DNA from: Guillardia theta CCMP2712
Lineage: Eukaryota; Protista; Cryptophyta
Assembly (NCBI RefSeq): GCF_000315625.1
Contig: NW_005434663.1
Location: 773,882-837,881, forward strand
Length of the DNA: 64,000 bases
Direction of reading: 5' to 3'
The stretch's first letter is position 1, and every line of letters starts with the position of its first letter. The notes beneath the pieces were generated by a model that was given only the letters and a program-made list of their open reading frames with translations, searched no databases and was not told the DNA's origin. Shown here in pieces: positions 46,912 to 59,100 of the stretch. The position numbers and the translations under genes are program-made.

Positions 46912-48144
46912 ATGTTGAGGAGAGGTTTGAGTCTGAGCATGCAGACAAGAAAAGGAAGACTAGGAGGAGATAAGCAGCTGCTCTACAGTGTTGGTCGGGA
47001 GAGGCCACGGCAGATCACGCTGCCAAGACCCCTCAGCATGTCCCCAACAGGATCAGCAAGCTGGTGGCCGTGGCAGTCAAGCAAAAGGCTTGACCGCATG
47101 GAGCGACACCTGGATGACATGAAGAAAGGGATCGAAGATCTCAAGACCGAAATGCTGAAAGATCTCAGGACCCACATGGATACACTCATTGCAGACAAGG
47201 ACGCGCGGCTGAAAGATCTCAGGACCGACATGGATACACTCATTGCAGACAAGGACGCCCACAAGGATACACTCATTGCATACAAGGACGCGCGGCTGAA
47301 AGATCTCAGGACCCACATGGATACACTCATTGCAGACAAGGACGCCCACAAGGATACACTCATTGCATACAAGGACGCGCGGCTGAAAGATCTCAGGACC
47401 CACATGGATACACTCATTGCAGACAAGGACGCCCACAAGGATACACTCATTGCATACAAGGACGCGCGGCTGAAAGATCTCAGGACCCACATGGATACAC
47501 TCATTGCAGACAAGGACGCCCACAAGGATACACTCATTGCATACAAGGACGCGCGGCTGCAAGATCTCAGGACCCACATGGATACACTCATTGCATACAA
47601 GGACGCGCGGCTGCAAGATCTCAGGACCGACAAGGAGAGACTCCACGACCAATTGCAGCAACAGAAGATTGAAACTCTCCGAGAATTATCGCGGTTCAAG
47701 GTCATACCCAACAACCGAGCTCTGATTGAGATGGCCATTGAACGGTACAGCAGGGGCTGTATGTCTCTCACGAAAAGTGTGAAGATGTTTGTGGATGAGC
47801 ATTTGTTGACGGCAGACACGAAGACATTGAGTGAGTATGGCAGAAAAGTCTGTAAGAAGCTGCGAGACGTTGGCTTCGCAGGGAAGGAAGAACTTGTTGG
47901 GAAAGAACTGGAAAACCTCATGCACGAGATCTCAAAACCTTTACCCAGACCGCCCATATCAGGTATTTACAGAGGGTATGTGGTTGGAGGGGATTCGCCG
48001 CTTGCAGAAGCGCTTGCGATCGTGATCTCAAGACTACAAGAATGCAATCTCGTGGAAAACCTGGATGTCCTGCTGGTCGATGGGGAAGGGAAATGCAAGT
48101 GCATGCTAACGGATGGAGAGATCATTAAATACAGTGAAGAGTAG
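46912..48144 (+). CDS. Intronless coiled-coil tandem-repeat protein, family member B (410 aa)
   Basis: Open frame with 54-bp and 87-bp repeat units (gatctcagg at 47161, 47215, 47302, 47389, 47476, 47563, 47617). Termini shared with 36669-37610. Confidence 0.75.
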   Translation: MLRRGLSLSMQTRKGRLGGDKQLLYSVGRERPRQITLPRPLSMSPTGSASWWPWQSSKRLDRMERHLDDMKKGIEDLKTEMLKDLRTHMDTLIADKDARLKDLRTDMDTLIADKDAHKDTLIAYKDARLKDLRTHMDTLIADKDAHKDTLIAYKDARLKDLRTHMDTLIADKDAHKDTLIAYKDARLKDLRTHMDTLIADKDAHKDTLIAYKDARLQDLRTHMDTLIAYKDARLQDLRTDKERLHDQLQQQKIETLRELSRFKVIPNNRALIEMAIERYSRGCMSLTKSVKMFVDEHLLTADTKTLSEYGRKVCKKLRDVGFAGKEELVGKELENLMHEISKPLPRPPISGIYRGYVVGGDSPLAEALAIVISRLQECNLVENLDVLLVDGEGKCKCMLTDGEIIKYSEE

Positions 48145-48252
48145 TCTAGGATCTACATGTCGTCATCAACGTGATGTATTGCTTTTTGCGAGTGAATGAG
48201 CCGGTTCCTCCCCTTTGAGAAGCCGATGCAGCCTCTTCGGGAATTCTGTGCA

Positions 48253-48392
48253 TACAAACGAAAAGAAAGAAGCGTATCCTTGATAGCAAGGAGTTTCCTG
48301 TCCGTCGTGTCATAATTGCGCTCGGTAGCAGTCAACAGCCTGCTGCAGTATCCAACGACGCGAGGGTCGTGGTCGCGCGAATGTGGGATCAC
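48253..48392 (-). mobile_element. Fragment of Ty3/gypsy-type RNase H (second copy)
   Basis: RVVGYCSRLLTATERNYDTTDRKLLAIKDTLLSFRLY. Confidence 0.8.
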
Positions 48393-48964
48393 TGGCTGAA
48401 ATGTAGGCTGAAATGATTCATTTCAGAGAGAACCCAGACAGGATTCAATGATTGCAGCAGGTCAGAATAACATGCAAGTAGTCAACGAGAATACATCCAT
48501 GCACAAGGAGTTCATCGGAGAGTACCTTCGAGAGGTGCTACGAGAGGGAGAGTTTCGAGGTTCTTTTCCCACTAATGCTTTCCTGCCGGATGAACTTGGG
48601 AGCATGATGCAGGCATGGAACTTATGGAACGAAGAAGATACCCAAGTTACGCTCTGTTGACCCGGCAGTATTGCACACGAAGAACCGCAAGAAACGTCTT
48701 GTATTTTGTATTTTAGCGGTGAATTAAAGGGTGTAAACGGAATTCAAAAGTGTAACGTTGAGACCAACTATAGCAGAGCTTCACCTTGCTTTGTTAAAAA
48801 GAAAGCATGCTACTTTTGTCGTTCATGCACCTTTCATTTTGCAACTTCAAGAGTGCAACGATTTTTTGCCGGAGTGATTGATATTGTCCGTTCAGTGGAA
48901 TTCGCTTGTGTTAGAAGAGTCATGACATGATATAACTCATGAGGATTCATAAAAAGAATATCAA

Positions 48965-50024
48965 GTGCCTTTTTATAAGCTCGACGACTTCGAACCACCC
49001 GGAGATGAATGATAGGGCAGGTCACCGCCTTCTCCTGGGCCTCAGTTGGGGGAGTTTGACGACTTGTACCCAGCCGTTATCGGACGTTTGGAGATGTGAA
49101 GCAACTTCACATCGAAGTGTAGTGTAGCCTTAGGAGGGATAGAGCCCGGGTACCTGCGCACGCAAGGGCAGCAGCGTCAGTTCAAGTCACAAGGGAACAC
49201 AACGATACCCCTGGTCTCCGTAAGCAAGGGAAGGAGGAATCGTTAGCCTGCGGGGACAGTCAGGGGTCCACAACGAGCCCTCAGTGCCGTACTTGCGCTC
49301 TCCTCCTACTCTCATGCCCTGCAGGCCGATGTCGTCGCCTTTGATGACCTTGATGGATGTGTCAAGCCCGCCGGCTCCACCATAATCATATCACCTGCCC
49401 TTCTCGGAACATGAAGACATACTTTCCTTGATCAAACACAGATCTTGTGTAACATAAAGTCAATCAACTTGCTGTGCTTAATCAAGTGTTATTACCCATC
49501 TTGCAGTTTTCCAACGTATCCGATCGTTGCCGTGTCTCCGGGTTTGAGCTGTTCTCCACTACCGACCTTCACATCCTTCACCTGTCCTGACAATCATCGC
49601 ACAAGAACAGCAAGAAGGCGCGAGTTCCTGCAGGCCTAGATCCATTCTAGCCTGCGCTAGACTGAGAGCGAGCTCGGGAGCATGGCCAGGCATTCTCCCC
49701 CAGTACCTGTGTGAGGGCGTAAGAGGAGGAGGATGAGGAGGAGGAGGAGGAGAAGGATGAGGAGGAGCACTACCAGCAATCGTTCATGCAGTCGAAACCT
49801 CCACTAGGCGACGACACAGTCTTGAGGTAGCACACGCCCTTCGCAGGATGGTACGTGTACCCCCTACAAGCTTCATGCTGCGAACACGCTTGCTTGCATG
49901 CAACGCCTAACAACCTCGTCATGCGTCGACATCGGCCTCGTACATCTCACCGAGCTTCTGTTTGTCGTTCACGAACTTCCCGTCGAAGTCGAACGGGTTG
50001 TGGAGCAAGTCGTTACCTGGAGGC
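48965..50024 (+). repeat. Direct duplication, right copy (of 45607-46672)
   Basis: Starts gtgcctttttat and ends ttacctggaggc, like the left copy. Confidence 0.92.
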
Positions 50025-50923
50025 AGGTACCCCTTGTTCCACTCCCCCGCCTCAACCAGTTTTGCACGGAGCTTGTGATAAGCTCGTTCAGTGGCCTCGT
50101 GCGCTGCCTGCGTTGCTAAAGCAGGAAGTTCAGTGTCGTATGCAGCAGGAACTTGCTTTAGGATTTCTCTTCCGTATCCTCCGTTCTTATTCAGCATTCG
50201 ACTCCGTACGTTCTGCTCGATCTGGCTCTCCTCCCTCTGACTGGAAAGAGTCTGCATCCAAGATGTAAAGCCGGATTTGTGCTGCGGAGCTTTGCTCTTG
50301 CCGAACTTGTCTCCCTCACGAGATAGCGCATTGTAGACTTCCTCTTGCGCCAACAGTGTCGCCATAGCCGAAAGCTTTCTCCTGCACTCTCACTTCAAGG
50401 GGCTACAGGCTTGCCCATTGGACCTACCTCACACTCTTGGGAGGTGTCTTCTTCACCCTTGCGACTCGGTCAGCCATCGAAGGGCTCACCGCCAAACTCT
50501 CCTCCAGAAGCGAGGACGATGAGCTGGCATTCTTCTGGGTGATGGGGGCTACAACATTCCAAACAACAACCCTGCAAAGTGTGGTAAGGAGAAAAGCACT
50601 CTTGCCAGGCACTTTACAATGTGAGAAGGAAAGAGATGGCGACGAACGATGGTTTTGAAAGCATCTGCGCAAGGGATCAGAACATTGCGATGGTCTAAGG
50701 TTGACATGGTACGATGTGGAATGTATCTCGACTGGCACATGCTCACGACCGTGTACCAAAAAGACAAGAGAGCTTGTAGTGCTACCAACAGCATCCTCCT
50801 CCTCCTCCTCCTCCTCCTCCTGCTACCAACAGCATCCTGCTGCTGCTGCTCCTTCTGCTGCTGCTCCTTCTGCTGCTGCTCCTTCTGCTGCTGCTCATTC
50901 TGCTGCTGCTCCTGCTCCGCCAT
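49042..50923 (-). CDS. PAN/apple domain plus FKBP-type PPIase protein with signal-anchor, multi-exon (start uncertain)
   Basis: Spliced: FVAISFLLTLVVVW (hydrophobic anchor); GYLPPGNDL...ACKQACSQHEACRGYTYHPAKGVCYLK (PAN); GYVGKLQDGSVFD...[29 protein letters not shown]...IPPKATLHFDVKLL (FKBP). Confidence 0.78.
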
Positions 50924-51133
50924 GTCATCTCAATATCTCGTAGGGGCAAGGTGCATGATCGAAATCGATTAAATACTCCCGATTTCACCACTTGATCACT
51001 GTAAATCGATTCAAATCTATATCCTCAGTACAAAGTGCGGATCAGACCAATAAAATTCAATCATCGGGAAGGTTTAGTTCGATTCAATTGCATCAAACCG
51101 ATTCGAATCAACGCCCGTTCAGGCCATGGCAGA

Positions 51134-52600
51134 ATGCTGAACAGTAGGGCGGGCGCTGCGATCGCGGCATGCGGGGTCGCCATGCTGCTCCTCGTTGGCT
51201 TGAGGGCTGGAGAGGATCAACCGACAGCTCTGGTCGCCGACAGGGCGAGCCTGAGGGACCTGGTCTCTTGCCATGTCGATGGCTCGAGCAGCTGGGGCCT
51301 GACGCACTACCCAGGTTCGGCGGGGCAATGATGCGCAGGATATGCTCGACCATTCGGTCATTGCGTATCCCAAGGGGAAGTATGTCGACACTTCGCTATG
51401 GCGAGACGTTCAGCTCGGCTGTGCTCAGCAGCCTGTTGCCACCACGATCATGTCAGAGGATGGTTTCTTGCACTCACTGTCGCACTCATTTCCTCTTGGC
51501 TAGCTCCTCACCATGCGCGCCGACGGGAGAGGGAGAAGTTGAAACGTACAGTCCTGAGACGTAAGATCTTTTCGGCAGTCTTGTGTGCTCTGATCTCACT
51601 GCAGGACTACCACAACGACCAGCACAGCAGGTTTTCTAGACCCGTGGAGCCTCCGACAGGCTCGTTTAGAAGCCACGTGCGCAACGACAGGAGGAGGGAG
51701 AGGAGGCTGGACCTGATGATGTTGTGCAGCGCGAAAGAAGTTCGGCATGTCGATGTTGAAACGCATCTGCAAAGGGATCTCGAACGACAGATGAACAAAG
51801 TGAAAAATTTCCGATCCTCCTCCTCCCTCCTCATTCCGTTCCCGCGCAGATCCATCTGCTGAAGCTGGCGTTGAAGTCCAAGGTCTTGCGCTTCCAAGTG
51901 TCTCCGTCCCTGCTCACTTCGTCTGTCCAGATCAAAACTCTGCAGAAGAGTGTTCACCAGGCTCCAAAGGACGACGACGACGACCCTCTTTGGTAATCCC
52001 GTTCCATCCAGATCGTTGATCTGACAGTCGAGCAGGAAAGGCGTCGACCTGCACCTGACCCAAGCAGATCTGACCCCTCCGACTGATGAGCAGCGGCAGG
52101 CGAGTCCTGGACATGTGCAGGTCACGGCGATGATAGTGTGAGCAGGAGGAGGAGGAGCGATGGAACCAGCGCGCAGCGACAAACCGCGAGTGGAACGAGG
52201 AGGTCATACGAGGTCTCGAGGACATGGCAGGAGACTGACAACTTTGGTGAGAGCAGTTGTCAGACCCGAAGGCTGAGCTGAAGGAGCTGAAGAAGGTAGG
52301 AAGCGAACGCCACAGTCTTCCCTGACTCCTGCTGGTGTTCAGCTGGACTACTTGCGCGGTAGCTCGAGACGCTTCAAGGGGCGCGAGGACGATGGGAAAG
52401 AGATCGACAGGTGGCAGGCAGCCTGCTCAGCATCGCTTGTAACATGCGAGACGCTGCAGGACTGAACAAGAAGAAATCTCGACTCTAACTCCCCCCTCAT
52501 CGTCCCTGTAAGGACAACTCCTGCCCCCCTTCACGCAAGCACTGACATGCTTGCCGTAGGTTCTGGGAGTGGGAGCCTTCGCTGTGAGTGCTCGTTGCGT
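51134..52600 (+). CDS. Multi-exon hypothetical protein with N-terminal signal/anchor
   Basis: MLNSRAGAAIAACGVAMLLLVGL followed by many short GT-AG-bounded segments. No recognisable domain; end uncertain. Confidence 0.4.
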
Positions 52601-52706
52601 CTCAAGCTCTCCCTGACATCGCTCTACCTTGTGGCTTCTTGTTTGTTCTCTCGATGTCGTCAGGCACTACCATGACCTCGGGCCGGATGGAAAGCCAGTG
52701 AGACCT

Positions 52707-52750
<44 letters not shown>

Positions 52751-55411
52751 CCTGCTCCTCCTGCTCCTCTTTCCTGCCCCTCCCTTTCTCTACTTCTCTT
52801 CTATTCCCCTCTTGCCCCTCTACCAATCCCGAGGTCTCTCCTGTTTCCCATCCTCCCCCCCCTCTCTGTCGCCACATCTTTCTCATCGTTGCTTCCCAGG
52901 TCAAGACAAGGACAAGAGTCGTCGAAAGGAGAAGCAGCAAGGTAGGACAACGAAGGAGGATTGACCTCCCTGTCTTGACAAGACCCGCAGCCTGCTCCTA
53001 CCAGAGGCCGCAGGCCGCAGCCGATTGCACGGAAGAGAAAGGAGCAGGTGAATCTTCACTTTGTAGAGCTGAGGGATGGACTGACTTCCTTTCTTCGCAG
53101 CCCACCGTGACCCATCGGGTTGCGCTTGTTGGCGGTTGGCGGGGCTGTTGGCTGAGTGAGTGTGCTCAGGTGAAGTCGAACGCCTGCTTCTTCTGCAGGG
53201 ACGCAGAGAAATACTTGAAGGACAGCGCTCGACCGGACAGTCGGGGCAGGTGGGGGAGGACGAGGCGGAGGAGCGAGGGGGAGAAGAAAAGGGAGGGGGA
53301 AGGAAAGAGGAAAGGGGAGGGAGCAAGAGAGAGGGAGGAGCGAAGAGGGAGGAGCAAGCAAAGAGCGAAGAGGAGGGAGGGAGGAAGGGGAGGGGCGAAG
53401 GAGAGAGCTCGCAGCGGGGAGTGCGGGGCAGGGCAGGATTCCTCAGACCTTGGGTGTGACTCGTGGGCTGCAGCAAAGACGCTGACCCGAGCTCTGAGCT
53501 TCCCTTCTTCTCGTCGGACTGGAAGGATGCGCAGGAGGGAGCAGATTTCGTCAAGTCGTTCCCCAACACGAAAGACCTGTATCCCCAGCTGATGGCAAGT
53601 TTGCGCCTCGCTGACCCTGCCCTGCTGCAGGAGAGTGCTGGACTGGTTGGGAGCTGAGGCTGATGAGGAGAGCCCGTACGACGGAACGAAAGACAGTGAG
53701 GCAGAGAGGAGAGGGCATGCGGGAAGCGAGGAGCCGAGGCAACGAGTGGTCAGGGGCGGCGGAGTAGTTAGTGAGGAGGAGGGGAAGCAGACTGAGAAGG
53801 AAGAAACGAAGGGGGGTTGACCGGCAGGAATGGAACAGAGGAAGATTATGGGGATGATGAGGAGGAAGGGAGGGAGGGAGGGAGGAGGAGGAGGAGGAGG
53901 AGGAGGAGGAGGAGAGGTGCTGGTGGTAATGCGCGAGTGGCAGGCATGAGCGCTACCGGCGCTATCTCGTCGATCCCCTCCGGCTACTTTGACTTCCCTA
54001 AGGCCTCGGGGTACTACACGCACTATGGCGGGTGGTAGGACAAGGGGGGTGCAGACCTCCAGTGAGGGAGCAGCCCCCAGCAGACGACCGCGCAGCCCCC
54101 AGCTGGAAGTGGAGGAGCTGAGAAAGGCTAATTGGACACCTTCAGATACAGAACTCAATCCCCTCCTCATCCTGCGATGCCGATGGGGCCTTGAAGTGCG
54201 ACCCGTTCCTGCTGGGCTGGTCAGGAGGGGGAGAGCTGGGGGAAGTCAGGGAACCTGCCGGTACCAGCTGAGGAGACGCTCTGGGGCTTTTGAATCCTCG
54301 AGTGGGCGCGCTGATGAGGAGGATCAGCCGGTACAAGCGAAGGAGTGGAGAGGGTGGGGAAGGGCAGAGGAGAGGAGAATGAAAGGGATAGTAGAGGAAT
54401 AGAGGAGAAGAGAAGAGAAAAGAGAGGAGGGAGGAGGCAGGGAAAGGCGTATGGGAAAAAGAAAGTGAACCGGAAGCCTGGCGCTTCTGCCGAGCTGGGA
54501 AGGGTCGAACGTGGAGCTTGAGGCGGAGGATAGGTGACCTTCGAACGAAACTCTGCAGGGGGCATAAGCATGACGACAGTTGGCAGCTGAACTTGTTCTG
54601 TGCACTATGAATACTTTTGACTTCCTCCTGCTCCTTGCTCTCTTCCTCCCCTCCGCTCTCCCCTCCAGCACTATCTTCCCTCCTCCCTCCTCCCTCCTCC
54701 CTCCTCCCTCCTCCCTCCTCCCTCCTCCCTCTTCCTCTGCTCTCCGAACTCAGGGCTCGTTCCTCACCTTCTCCCTCGCTCTTCGCTCGTTCGTGACAGC
54801 GGCGGCGTCTCTGCCCTCCTCGGCATCCCCGGCGCACCATCATCCACCTGCATGCCATCAGAGCCCAGCAGGAGGTGAGCTGAAGTACCCCTCCGTTCCC
54901 GTGCTCGAATGTGTTGGCCGAACGTAGGGAGGTAGCATCGTTCCAGTCTGGCTCGCCGCTCACGTGCTGCGCTCTGGAGTCAACCTTCTCCCTCCCAGCT
55001 CACGGGCCTTACCGAAGCTGAACCTCCCGTCCTGACAGAGTTGGCCTTCTGCTCTCGGAGGTGGGTGGAGGAGGAATAGGAGGAGGAGGAGGAGGAGGAG
55101 GAGGAGGAGGAGGTTGAGGAGGAAGAGGGAAGAATGAGAGGAGGAGGTGGTGGGGCCGGAGATCAGAGCCGCGGGAAAGAGGAAGGACACAAGAAAGGAT
55201 GGGAAAGGGAGGAGGGAGAGGAAGGAGGAGGGATAAAGGGCGGAGGGAGAGGAAGGAGAAGAGAAGGAGAAGGAAAGGAGTCAATGAAGATTCTGGACAT
55301 GTTCTCTTCCCTCCCTACCGTTATCGCGTGGTCGAGCTCTGAGGTCACCCAGCTCTCGACCTTCTTGCTCTCCTTCATCTGACCAATTGTGACCCTTCTC
55401 CTCCTCCTCCT

Positions 55412-56109
55412 NNNNNNNNNNNNNNNNNNNNNNNNNNNNNNNNNNNNNNNNNNNNNNNNNNNNNNNNNNNNNNNNNNNNNNNNNNNNNNNNNNNNNNNNN
55501 NNNNNNNNNNNNNNNNNNNNNNNNNNNNNNNNNNNNNNNNNNNNNNNNNNNNNNNNNNNNNNNNNNNNNNNNNNNNNNNNNNNNNNNNNNNNNNNNNNNN
55601 NNNNNNNNNNNNNNNNNNNNNNNNNNNNNNNNNNNNNNNNNNNNNNNNNNNNNNNNNNNNNNNNNNNNNNNNNNNNNNNNNNNNNNNNNNNNNNNNNNNN
55701 NNNNNNNNNNNNNNNNNNNNNNNNNNNNNNNNNNNNNNNNNNNNNNNNNNNNNNNNNNNNNNNNNNNNNNNNNNNNNNNNNNNNNNNNNNNNNNNNNNNN
55801 NNNNNNNNNNNNNNNNNNNNNNNNNNNNNNNNNNNNNNNNNNNNNNNNNNNNNNNNNNNNNNNNNNNNNNNNNNNNNNNNNNNNNNNNNNNNNNNNNNNN
55901 NNNNNNNNNNNNNNNNNNNNNNNNNNNNNNNNNNNNNNNNNNNNNNNNNNNNNNNNNNNNNNNNNNNNNNNNNNNNNNNNNNNNNNNNNNNNNNNNNNNN
56001 NNNNNNNNNNNNNNNNNNNNNNNNNNNNNNNNNNNNNNNNNNNNNNNNNNNNNNNNNNNNNNNNNNNNNNNNNNNNNNNNNNNNNNNNNNNNNNNNNNNN
56101 NNNNNNNNN
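55412..56109. other. Assembly gap (N run)
   Basis: 698 consecutive N, flanked by GGA/CCT low-complexity DNA. Confidence 0.99.
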
Positions 56110-56169
56110 GATTATGGGAGTGATGAGGAGGAAGGAGTGAGGAGGGAGGAGGGAGGAGGGAGGAGGGAG

Positions 56170-59100
56170 GAGATAGTTGGAAGGGAACAGCAAACTTCAG
56201 TATCTTCATCTCTCGGTTTCCTCGTGATACCTGGAGGACGCTGAAGCTCATGGCCCGGCGCTCGTGTGGTGCAGGCCAGAAGCCGTGGGACTGTATGGCA
56301 AAGGAAGGATCGATGTAGCACTTGGAGAGAAAGTCGGAGGAGAGAGGGAGAGGAAAGTCCACGTCGACCTCGCAGCCTGCCCAGCATGCCTGCAAGCGAG
56401 AGAGACGTGAGGAGCAATGAGGAGAAGCAGGAAGGAGAAGCAGAGGAAGACGGGAGGAAGGAGAAGAGAGAGGAGGAGGAGGAAGAGGAAGGGAGGCGAA
56501 GGAAGGAGAGGTGGGAGAGGTGGCAGGGGATGGGAGGAGGAGGGAGGAAGAGGAGAAGAAGAGAAGAAGGAGAGGAAAGCAGAGGAGAAGTTCATCTGAC
56601 TTTGTCAATGTCGCAAGCAGTCCCTTTGTGTTTGCGACGAGAAGCAATTCCAAGGAAGTTCTTGATGCTGATGATGTCGACAGAAAGCGGAGAAATCTGC
56701 CAAGAAGTGAACAAATGATGAAGATAAAGAAGAAGATGATGATGAGAATGAGGAGAAGGGAGGAATGGAATGAGGATTAAACACCTTCATGGCTTGAGAG
56801 ATGGCAGTCCTGAGCTTGAGTCGATCAGCATCTGTCAGGCTTTCGGCCCAGGGCCCATGGGAGATGGAGATGTTGGCAACGATGCTGAGGATAGAAGGTC
56901 ATCAGCGAGAAAGAGGACAGGAAGCGTTCCTGAGGAGGAGAGAACGAGGAGCAGGAAGGAGAAATTTTGAGGAGAAGTATTCGTAGGAGGTGAGAGTACA
57001 AGAAGGAGGAGGATCAGGAGACGAGGAGGAGGAGGTTCAAGACGAGGAGGAGGAGGTTCAAGACGAGGAGGAGGAGGAGGGAGAGCTGAAGGATCAGGAG
57101 ACGAGGAGGAGGAGGAAAGGGGAAATTCTTCTCTTGCCTTTGCGGCAGGTCCATCTTTGGATTGAAATTCTTTTCGCACTCGTTCCCTCCATTGCAAACC
57201 CCGCAGGCATCCACCAGCAGCCCTGAGAAAGGAACCCCATCGCATCCTACGCACGCGTTCTGCCCTCCGCATACTCCACAGCGATCCGGCACCTTCCCCG
57301 AGTTTGGTACCTGCCCTCTCAGTCACTTGAATTCTCCTCCTCTTCCTCCTCATCTTCTCCAACTCCTCTCCACTTCCTCCTCCACCTCCTCTCCACCTCC
57401 TCCTGTCCTGCTCCAACTGCTTCTCTTCCTGTCCTCTCTTCCCTCGGTCCTCGCTCTCCCTCACTTACCTTGTCGCAACCCCAGCAGAGAGTTGAGTCTC
57501 CTCCGCACTCGCCGCAGACATCCATCGAAACGTTGCAAGCAGAGCTGGAGGACAAGATAGTTCCTGAAGCTGCGAACTCCGGGAGGCTGAAGAAGTCAGA
57601 GGAGGAGCAGTCCTTGACGTAGGAGGGGAACGGACAGACGCTGGCGCTGACGATAGGAGCGAGCGCCTCCTGCTTGCTCGCCCGGTTTATGAGGCTGAAC
57701 TCAACGCGGAGCGTCTTGGCTCCAGAGCAGGAGCCGTCGCGGTAGCACATCTCGACATTGTCAGCTGGGAAGGTGGTGGACAGCGTGCCCGCAAACTGAT
57801 CGAACGTCCCTGTCGCCGTCACCCTCTTCTGGTTCTCGAGCACGAAGGTGACGGGGAGGCTGACAGTGCTCTTGGTCATGGAGCCGTTGAGCTGCCTGAC
57901 TAGCAGGCGGGTCCCGTGCATCGGAGGGAAGTTCAGCTGCAACTGCAAGCTGATCAGGTTCTTGCTAGCCTGGATTGTGTTCGCCTCCGTCACGTTGGCA
58001 GTCACCCACGCTGGCTGCTCCTCCCCCGTCATGACGCGCACAAACTTGGTGAGGGACTTGATTTGTATGCTGCCGAACCCGATCATCTGCAGGTTGAACC
58101 CGGAGAACGTCGGGGCTGAGTTGATCAGCTTGAACGAGATCGTCAGGTTCGGCTGCTGCACACACGACTGGACGGTGACCTCGACCTCTCGCGAGAACGA
58201 GGATGCCGTCAACCTTCCACCCGCAAACACGGAGGGTGCGCACGAGTCGCTGAACGCCGAGCACTGAGGGGCGGAGTGGACGGGGAAGCTGTTGGAGGGA
58301 GGAGTCAGCGAGTCCGGGAACCCTGCGAAGCGGATGGAGGTGCCGAGAGGAGGGGCCGAAGCCGGCGACCCCGCCATGACGACGCTGAAGGTGATGGTGA
58401 TGATGTTGACAGCGTCGTAGACCCGCGTTGACCCGCGGATGTCAAAGTCAACGGAGAACTCCGAGCTCGTTGACAAGTTGAAGAACAGGGAGGACATGGG
58501 GATGGGGCTGCTGAAGCTTGACCGGGTGACCGGGAGCAGGACAGAGCTCTTTGACTGGTCATCGATGAGCAGCCAGTCCTTCCTGTTCCTGCTGCCGTAC
58601 AACCTCCACCGTACCACGTCGCGGCCATTGCAGTCGTTGGCCGTCCCCACCTGGTACGAGTCCACCGGCACGTCGTACCCGAAGTCGAAGACCACCGGGC
58701 AGCTGTCCATCTGAAGGAGCTTGGAGAAGAGATCTCCGTCCGACAGGTAGACTGAGGACTCTGAGGCAGGATAGGTCCCATACTTGCTCGCTGATACGAC
58801 CGACAGCCTCGTTGACCGGTAGTAGAAGGCAAACTCGCTCAGGGAGTAGGTCGTGGAGGAGATGCTCCCCACTGCGACAGGAAAGAGCGCGTAGTACCTG
58901 AAGGCCGTGCACTGGGAGTGCTGGAGAGGAGGGATGGGAACCCAAGACTGTGGAGGGCAAGAGGAGGAGGGCAGTGAAGGGTTGGTGGAGCAGTACTTGA
59001 CCACATTGTCAGTGATCGCCTTCGCCTCCGGTGCCGGGCATGTCTGCATGTTGCTCGGTAGCGCTCCATCTGTCGCCATAGCGCGGATTGAAGGCGACAC

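Noticed and set aside
47150-47640. CRISPR-like array or antisense ORFs 46983-47957 and 47077-47661
   Set aside because: The repeats have no unique spacers and are in-frame coding repeats. The antisense ORFs are shadows of the repeat.
45607-50024. LTR retrotransposon (long direct repeats flanking an RNase H-like fragment)
   Set aside because: The repeats are intron-containing host gene sequence without TG...CA ends, and there is no gag, RT or integrase.
52600-55400. Pro/Ser/Arg-rich ORFs on both strands
   Set aside because: Dominated by GGA/CCT low-complexity tracts. Small spliced genes may exist here, but I cannot build a supported model.
55163-56653. Long ORFs spanning the N run
   Set aside because: Artefacts of translating through the assembly gap.
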